From Bdellovibrio sp. (GTDB lineage: Bacteria; Bdellovibrionota; Bdellovibrionia; Bdellovibrionales; Bdellovibrionaceae): a stretch of DNA of 64,000 nucleotides. The stretch is from assembly GCA_036677065.1 (NCBI GenBank), contig JAKFBS010000001.1:288001-352000 (forward strand), in the 5' to 3' direction. The notes under the pieces were generated by a model. That model searched no databases. It worked only from the letters and a program-made list of their open reading frames with translations, and was not told where the DNA came from. Each line of letters begins with the position of its first letter. The first letter of the stretch is position 1. Positions 58,922 to 64,000 of this stretch are shown piece by piece. Both the position numbers and the translations under genes were made by a program.

Positions 58922-59407
58922 TTACTGACAGTAATAATTAGAGACCGGAGAACCTTGATTCATCGCAATTCCTTGCGGCGTGTATTGATAACAACGAGTG
59001 TAGCCATCTTGACCGCGGCCCCATGAATAATATGATGGGCGTGTGCGTTCGCAGCTGTAATTAGATACTGGAGAACCTTCATTCATCGCTACGCCGTAAG
59101 GCGTGCGTTGATAACAATAGCCATATCCATTTTGTGCGCGACCCCAGTCAAAATAAGATGGGCGATTTTGTTCACAATTGTAATTCGATACGGGGCTTCC
59201 GCCATTTAACACAGCTCCGTTGTTGGCCCATTGATAACAATAACCGAAACCGTTTTGAGCTGTACCCCAATCAAAGTATGATCCGATAGCTTCGGTCACT
59301 TGATGTGGATGCATCTGAACTGCTGATTGTGTACCCGTTAGAATTTGCGCGTTAGCTAAAGTTCCTGCTGCGACTAAAACGATAAAGATTAATTTTTTCA
59401 CTTTCAT
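58922..59407 (-). CDS. Secreted protein with three 41-aa disulfide repeats
   Basis: SY..WG..Q.G...CYQ....G...N.GSPVSNY.C repeated three times. Confidence 0.75.
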   Translation of the reverse strand: MKVKKLIFIVLVAAGTLANAQILTGTQSAVQMHPHQVTEAIGSYFDWGTAQNGFGYCYQWANNGAVLNGGSPVSNYNCEQNRPSYFDWGRAQNGYGYCYQRTPYGVAMNEGSPVSNYSCERTRPSYYSWGRGQDGYTRCYQYTPQGIAMNQGSPVSNYYCQ

Positions 59408-59541
59408 CTCCCTTGATGGTTTTTATTTCGTATACCTATATGGTTTTACGATTATTAAAAAAACTCAAAGGTTAAAAACATTAGACCGCTTGCAAGGTGC
59501 AAAGTGCATCTGCTTTAAGTTTGCGACCACTGCGAGTGGTG

Positions 59542-60243
59542 TCACTTTGCTTTAAAAGGATTTTCCATTTCGATCGGAATCAAAAAATGTAACATGGCAT
59601 ATTGGCCTTTCATATTCCATGCGCTTTCATCGCCGTAAAACTTTTGTTTGATATAAATATCACCCACACCGCCGACTTCAAGCTGTAGATATTTAGTAAA
59701 TAGCGGAACTTTGACAAAAACAGTTCCTCTGAGTCCAGGTCTGAAAAAGTGAATCGTTTTTGCTTCGCGGTCATCGTTGTAATTCAGGTAAGTTAGAATT
59801 GGCCCGCCCGAAACACCTAAGTCGAAAAACCAAATATTTGCCGAGATCTTCGGAATCCATCCCCAGGTTGCCCCGTAGGCTTGAATGTGATCTTTGCGCG
59901 GACTAATAAATAGAGTGTCAGGAATATAAATCGAGGTGATTGCGAATTCATTTAGTTTTAAGGCGTGGTCTCTGGCATCTGCCGGAATCTTTTCTTTGAA
60001 ACGGTGAATCGTTTCTTTTTCAACCATCGCGCTCAAGTTAAATTGGGTTCCGTAAATTTTAGCGTTCTCGTTGGTGCTGTTTGGGCCAACGTTGTAGACA
60101 TCGTAGATTTCATATTCAGCAATACCAAAACCGATGTCTACAAAGACTGGAACGTTGTCTGAAGTCTGTGAGCTAGTTTGAGCTTGAACCAACGAAAAAG
60201 AACCGATTAAACCAATAAGAACGATTAAAATAATTTTATTCAT
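59542..60243 (-). CDS. Secreted / outer-membrane hypothetical protein
   Basis: Signal peptide from ATG 60243; beta-strand-rich. Confidence 0.6.
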   Translation of the reverse strand: MNKIILIVLIGLIGSFSLVQAQTSSQTSDNVPVFVDIGFGIAEYEIYDVYNVGPNSTNENAKIYGTQFNLSAMVEKETIHRFKEKIPADARDHALKLNEFAITSIYIPDTLFISPRKDHIQAYGATWGWIPKISANIWFFDLGVSGGPILTYLNYNDDREAKTIHFFRPGLRGTVFVKVPLFTKYLQLEVGGVGDIYIKQKFYGDESAWNMKGQYAMLHFLIPIEMENPFKAK

Positions 60244-60256
60244 AGCAGTATTATGA

Positions 60257-60781
60257 TTAGGCTTTTGCTTCGCTAGCAATCTTTTTCATGTAAGCCGAAA
60301 ATTCAGGATCTTCGCCGTCTAATAGATCAGGCAATGACATGCGAAAATCATTTCGCATCGTCCAGAAGCGAATGTAATCTTCCCATGTTGCCCATAGACG
60401 TTGATTTTGTTTCGACATGTCTTCTTCGTAAACTAAGATATAGGCTCGCTCGAATAGCGACACCAGAAGATCAAAAATAATTGTTTTTCTTTCGCGCTGT
60501 TCATCAGTCATGTCAGCGTCGCGCACATAACCTGAAATTAATCGCAAATCGGCATTTTTAAGAAGCAGCTGCTGAAACTCAGCATATTCGTCAGCTAAGC
60601 GTTGGTATAACTCTTCATCTTCATTTTGGCGCTCTTTACGCTGCTCAAGAAGATAGACGATAATACCAAATGGCAGGGCCACGACGGTTACCACATAGCT
60701 AGAGATTTCCCAAAATTCAAGGCTCATTAGATATTCAAAATTCATATATGAAAGCGTAAATGACTTAAAGCTGTGTGCCAA
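60257..60781 (-). CDS. Hypothetical protein (N-terminal TM plus helical domain)
   Basis: TM helix, LFERAY, W..WEDYI..W; start may be 60745. Confidence 0.65.
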   Translation of the reverse strand: MAHSFKSFTLSYMNFEYLMSLEFWEISSYVVTVVALPFGIIVYLLEQRKERQNEDEELYQRLADEYAEFQQLLLKNADLRLISGYVRDADMTDEQRERKTIIFDLLVSLFERAYILVYEEDMSKQNQRLWATWEDYIRFWTMRNDFRMSLPDLLDGEDPEFSAYMKKIASEAKA

Positions 60782-60785
60782 GAAA

Positions 60786-60817
60786 TAAAAAAAGCCCGGT
60801 TATACCGAGCTTTTTTC
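60786..60817. terminator. Intrinsic terminator
   Basis: AAAAAAAGCCCGG-TTATA-CCGAGCTTTTTT. Confidence 0.75.
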
Positions 60818-60841
60818 TATTCCGAATTTATCGAGCCTTCT

Positions 60842-60913
60842 CTATTGAGGGGGTGCGGTTCCGGGGAGATTTTTTAATTCCAATCTAACATAATGTCTTC
60901 GGATAATATTCAT
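60842..60913 (-). CDS. Putative 23-aa small protein MNIIRRHYVRLELKNLPGTAPPQ
   Basis: GGAGGGA SD ~7 nt upstream, terminator downstream, FliA-like promoter upstream. Confidence 0.35.
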   Translation of the reverse strand: MNIIRRHYVRLELKNLPGTAPPQ

Positions 60914-61181
60914 GACAACGTCCCTCCATATAGTGTTTATCTGCAAGAGTTTCGAACCTCTTAACCCCAGCCTTCAATTCAATGAAGTTACCAGCGGCAG
61001 ATACTAACTATTCGGACTAAATTGTAATAGCTTAATTAGCCAAATTGAGATTTCAGTTTATTCTCAAGCTGAGACTTGCTAAGTTATTGAAAAGTGCTGA
61101 CGTTTTTAAGACTAAAATAAATATTTTTTTCAATATTGATTTTGGGCTTTGTTTACAGAATGCCGGCAGGGGGAGTCAGTA

Positions 61182-62069
61182 ATGGTGTGGCAACAAGCAG
61201 AAAAAGAAAACTGGTACAAACAGCAAAACATCAAACGTTCGTATCAAGATGAAGTTGTGCGTAAGATTCAAGAATTGAAATCTGACTTTGACATTACCCA
61301 GTACGGGGCCCTTTCAGAAAACCCAGAACGTTATCCACTTTTTATCATTTGTTCGAAAAACTTTGCTGCAGCTAAAAAAACAGTCTTAATCACCGGCGGG
61401 GTGCATGGTTATGAAACCAGTGGTGTGCACGGGGCTTTGGGTTTTTTAAAAACATTAGCTAAATCTTACGAAAGTAATTTTAATTTTGTCTGTACACCTT
61501 GTATTAGCCCGTGGTCTTACGAAACGATCAACCGCTGGAATTCTAAAGCCATTGACCCCAATCGTTCGTTTCGTGAAAATAGCCCCGCTGAAGAGTGCGA
61601 GTTATTTTTAAAAGCAACGGCGGGCTTAAATCCATTTATTCATTTTGATTTACATGAAACTACCGATACGGATAATACGATTTTTCGGCCAGCTCTTGAA
61701 AATCGTGACGGTATTATTATTCCGTTTTCTGCGATTCCTGATGGATTCTATTTAGTTGGAGACACTGATAACCCGCAGCCCGAATTTCAAAAGGCGATGA
61801 TCGATGCGGTTCGAAAAGTAACCCATATCGCCCAGCCAGACGAAAGAGGTTTACTTCTTGATGACAAGGTTGAGCAAGAGGGCGTGATTAACTACCCTGT
61901 GAAGAAGTTATTCTTATGTGCTGGAACTTTTAGCCCGCAATACTGCACAACGACAGAGGTTTACCCAGATAGCCCCAAGGCGAGTGATGCCATTTGTGTT
62001 GCGGCCCAGATTGCTGTGATCAAGGCTGGGTTAGATTTTGTTTATTCTTCGTCGTATTCTTCTTCTTGA
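61182..62069 (+). CDS. M14-family metallocarboxypeptidase / AstE-like
   Basis: GGVHGYE, DPNRSF, DLHE, TTEVYP. Confidence 0.88.
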   Translation: MVWQQAEKENWYKQQNIKRSYQDEVVRKIQELKSDFDITQYGALSENPERYPLFIICSKNFAAAKKTVLITGGVHGYETSGVHGALGFLKTLAKSYESNFNFVCTPCISPWSYETINRWNSKAIDPNRSFRENSPAEECELFLKATAGLNPFIHFDLHETTDTDNTIFRPALENRDGIIIPFSAIPDGFYLVGDTDNPQPEFQKAMIDAVRKVTHIAQPDERGLLLDDKVEQEGVINYPVKKLFLCAGTFSPQYCTTTEVYPDSPKASDAICVAAQIAVIKAGLDFVYSSSYSSS

Positions 62070-62368
62070 GCTGCGGCACGAACACGTTTCTTGGCGTGGA
62101 CTCCGGCTTTCGCAAGAATTTCTATATAAACTGAGGGTGCGTTTTGTAAGACCACTTCATCGATCGACTTACTAATTTCGTTACTGTGAACTGCCTTGGC
62201 AGAAGTATCCTGAGCACCGACTTTGCACTGAAAATCCCAATAGTCTACACCCTCGGGTAGGGTTTTGCGTCGTTCGCGAGCTAGGTATTTATTCACTTCG
62301 TATTTGATAGCTTCAACGACGCGGTCTGGTTTTTTATTGGTTTCATGTAGGCTAAAATTTTTTTTCAT
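62042..62368 (-). CDS. DUF6172-like protein
   Basis: KY..RERRK.LPEGVD.WDF.C..G, YIEILAK. Confidence 0.7.
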   Translation of the reverse strand: MKKNFSLHETNKKPDRVVEAIKYEVNKYLARERRKTLPEGVDYWDFQCKVGAQDTSAKAVHSNEISKSIDEVVLQNAPSVYIEILAKAGVHAKKRVRAAAQEEEYDEE

Positions 62369-62416
62369 AGGATTAGAACTTTACCATAAAACTAAGTCTG
62401 TAGTATAAATAAAACA

Positions 62417-62767
62417 ATGGAACATAGAATTTACAAAACAAGCTTTGCCAGCGTTTACCCCATGTATGTTCAAAAAGCTGAACGCAAAAATCGCACAAAA
62501 GATGAAGTCGATAAAATTATTCTATGGTTAACCGGTTACACTAAGGCTGGCTTAAAGAAGCAGTTAGATCAAGAGACCGATTTTAAAACGTTTTTTGCAA
62601 ATGCACCTAAAATAAATCCTAAAGCTAAACTGATCACTGGGGTTGTCTGCGGAGTTCGCGTTGAAGATATCAAAGAGCCTTTGATGCGAAAGATTCGCTA
62701 TTTGGATAAGTTGATCGATGAGCTGGCTAAGGGAAAAGAGCTGGATGTCATTTTAAGGAGTACATAA
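62417..62767 (+). CDS. DUF2200 family protein
   Basis: FASVYP.Y..K.ERK.RT, WLTGY, GVVCG.RVE, IRYLDKL.DELAKG. Confidence 0.9.
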   Translation: MEHRIYKTSFASVYPMYVQKAERKNRTKDEVDKIILWLTGYTKAGLKKQLDQETDFKTFFANAPKINPKAKLITGVVCGVRVEDIKEPLMRKIRYLDKLIDELAKGKELDVILRST

Positions 62768-63342
62768 TGAGTTCAAAAGTGGACCAATTTATTAAAAAAC
62801 TTAAAATTTGGCAGGATGAAGTTGTTCAGCTTCGCGAGATTTTACAATCTACGAAATTAGTTGAAGATTTTAAATGGAATTACCCTTGTTATACTTATAA
62901 CGAAAGTAATATTGTTATCATTCAGCCGTTTAAATCTTATTTGGGGCTTATGTTTTTTAAAGGCACACTGTTAAAAGACACTAAAAAAGTATTAATCGCT
63001 AATGGGCCGAATTCGCAGCACACAAAAAGATTTGAATTCGATTCAGTTGTTGAAATTAAAAAATTAACTCCGACAATTAAAGCTTATGTAAAAGAAGCTA
63101 TGGCCATTGAAGACTCAGGTCAAAAAGTAGAAGTTAAAAAATCGCCGATTGAAATGCCCGCAGAATTAAAAAAAGCTTTTGCTAAGAATGCTAAACTGAA
63201 GAAAGCTTTTAACGAGCTGACTCCTGGGCGTCAAAGAGCTTATCTTTTCTTTTTTGCCGGTGCAAAACAACCTGCAACGCGTGAAGCGCGCATTCAAAAA
63301 TGTGCATCCAAGATTCTTCAGGGTAAAGGTTTAAATGATTAG
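62767..63342 (+). CDS. YdeI/OmpD-associated (DUF1801) protein
   Basis: KW..PCY, FFKG.LL, LTPGRQR.Y...AKQ..TR..R. Confidence 0.9.
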   Translation: MSSKVDQFIKKLKIWQDEVVQLREILQSTKLVEDFKWNYPCYTYNESNIVIIQPFKSYLGLMFFKGTLLKDTKKVLIANGPNSQHTKRFEFDSVVEIKKLTPTIKAYVKEAMAIEDSGQKVEVKKSPIEMPAELKKAFAKNAKLKKAFNELTPGRQRAYLFFFAGAKQPATREARIQKCASKILQGKGLND

Positions 63343-64000
63343 GATGTTTTTCACTTTAATCGTGCTAATTCTTGTAATATTAGCGCTGATTTACTTTTAT
63401 CAATCAAAGCTTCTGTTTTTTCCGACGAAACTGCAAAAAGATTTTACTTTCAAATTTTCGTTTCCACATGAAGAAAAATTTATTTCTTATAACAACGAGA
63501 TTGTGCATGGGGTAATGTTTAAGGCGGAAAAGCCCAGAGCTCGCATTATCTATTTTCATGGAAACCGTGGATCGCTACAAACTTGGGGACAAGTTGGTGC
63601 GGATCTGAGCGATAAATTAAATTCTGATGTTTTAGCTTTAGATTATCCAGGCTATGGCAAATCTACAGGTGGACTACCTTTAAGTGAAAAGGCGTTGTAT
63701 GAAAGTGCTGATGCAGCTTTCGACGAGTTTATTGCGACAACGGATAAAACACTTCCCATAATTGTTTACGGACGTAGTCTTGGATCTGCTGTGGCATCGT
63801 ATTTAGCGGCAAACAAAACTGTACAAGCTTTGATCTTAGAGACCCCGTACACGAGTATGAAGGCTATGGCCAGTCATGTGTTTCCGTATTTGCCCTCATT
63901 TTTAGGCCGTTATGATTTGGATAACGTAAAAAATATCAAAAAATTAAATATTCCCATTTTAATTCTGCATGGCACTCAGGATGCGGTTGTTCCGTTCACG
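63335..64000 (+). CDS. Alpha/beta hydrolase (ABHD13-like), 3'-truncated by the window end
   Basis: MIRMFF...Q..LLFFP, YFHGN, DYPGYG.S.G, GRSLG, HG..D.VVP; not in ORF track. Confidence 0.85.
   Translation, partial: MIRMFFTLIVLILVILALIYFYQSKLLFFPTKLQKDFTFKFSFPHEEKFISYNNEIVHGVMFKAEKPRARIIYFHGNRGSLQTWGQVGADLSDKLNSDVLALDYPGYGKSTGGLPLSEKALYESADAAFDEFIATTDKTLPIIVYGRSLGSAVASYLAANKTVQALILETPYTSMKAMASHVFPYLPSFLGRYDLDNVKNIKKLNIPILILHGTQDAVVPFT

Noticed and set aside
2076..60162. Many 60-120 aa ORFs nested in or antisense to longer genes
   Set aside because: Shadow ORFs with no motifs, overlapping well-supported genes.
1..64000. CRISPR array, rRNA, tRNA or intact IS/transposase/integrase
   Set aside because: No regularly spaced repeats, cas, transposase or full integrase motifs were recognised by eye.

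Overview
AT-rich bacterial chromosome segment, most consistent with a Bdellovibrionota predator (mglA directly behind dnaX-ybaB-recR, TIGR02147-type protein, many secreted/lipoprotein hypotheticals). 1-31.5 kb is core-like: cell-wall enzymes, nadA, mglA, recR, dnaX, SRP RNA, srkA, and a cbb3 oxidase cluster with a Crp/Fnr regulator. tmRNA (32125-32477) is the insertion site of a ~10.4 kb island bounded by a 46-bp direct repeat of its 3' end (32437-32482 / 42792-42837). The island keeps only a C-terminal remnant of a serine recombinase. It carries a HEPN-motif protein, a stanniocalcin-like lipoprotein, a frameshifted PD-(D/E)XK nuclease and the best candidate for an undescribed system: XRE-HTH/IrrE peptidase + PIN genes divergent from DUF2188 - TIR - RipA-like membrane protein - DUF2235 lipase, with a 48-bp palindrome between them. 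43-64 kb holds accessory stress, detoxification and signalling genes (MerR/MFS, OsmC, DUF6976/PAS kinase, selD-selU, MarR/DoxX, chrA). All family assignments come from motif recognition by eye; no database searches were run.
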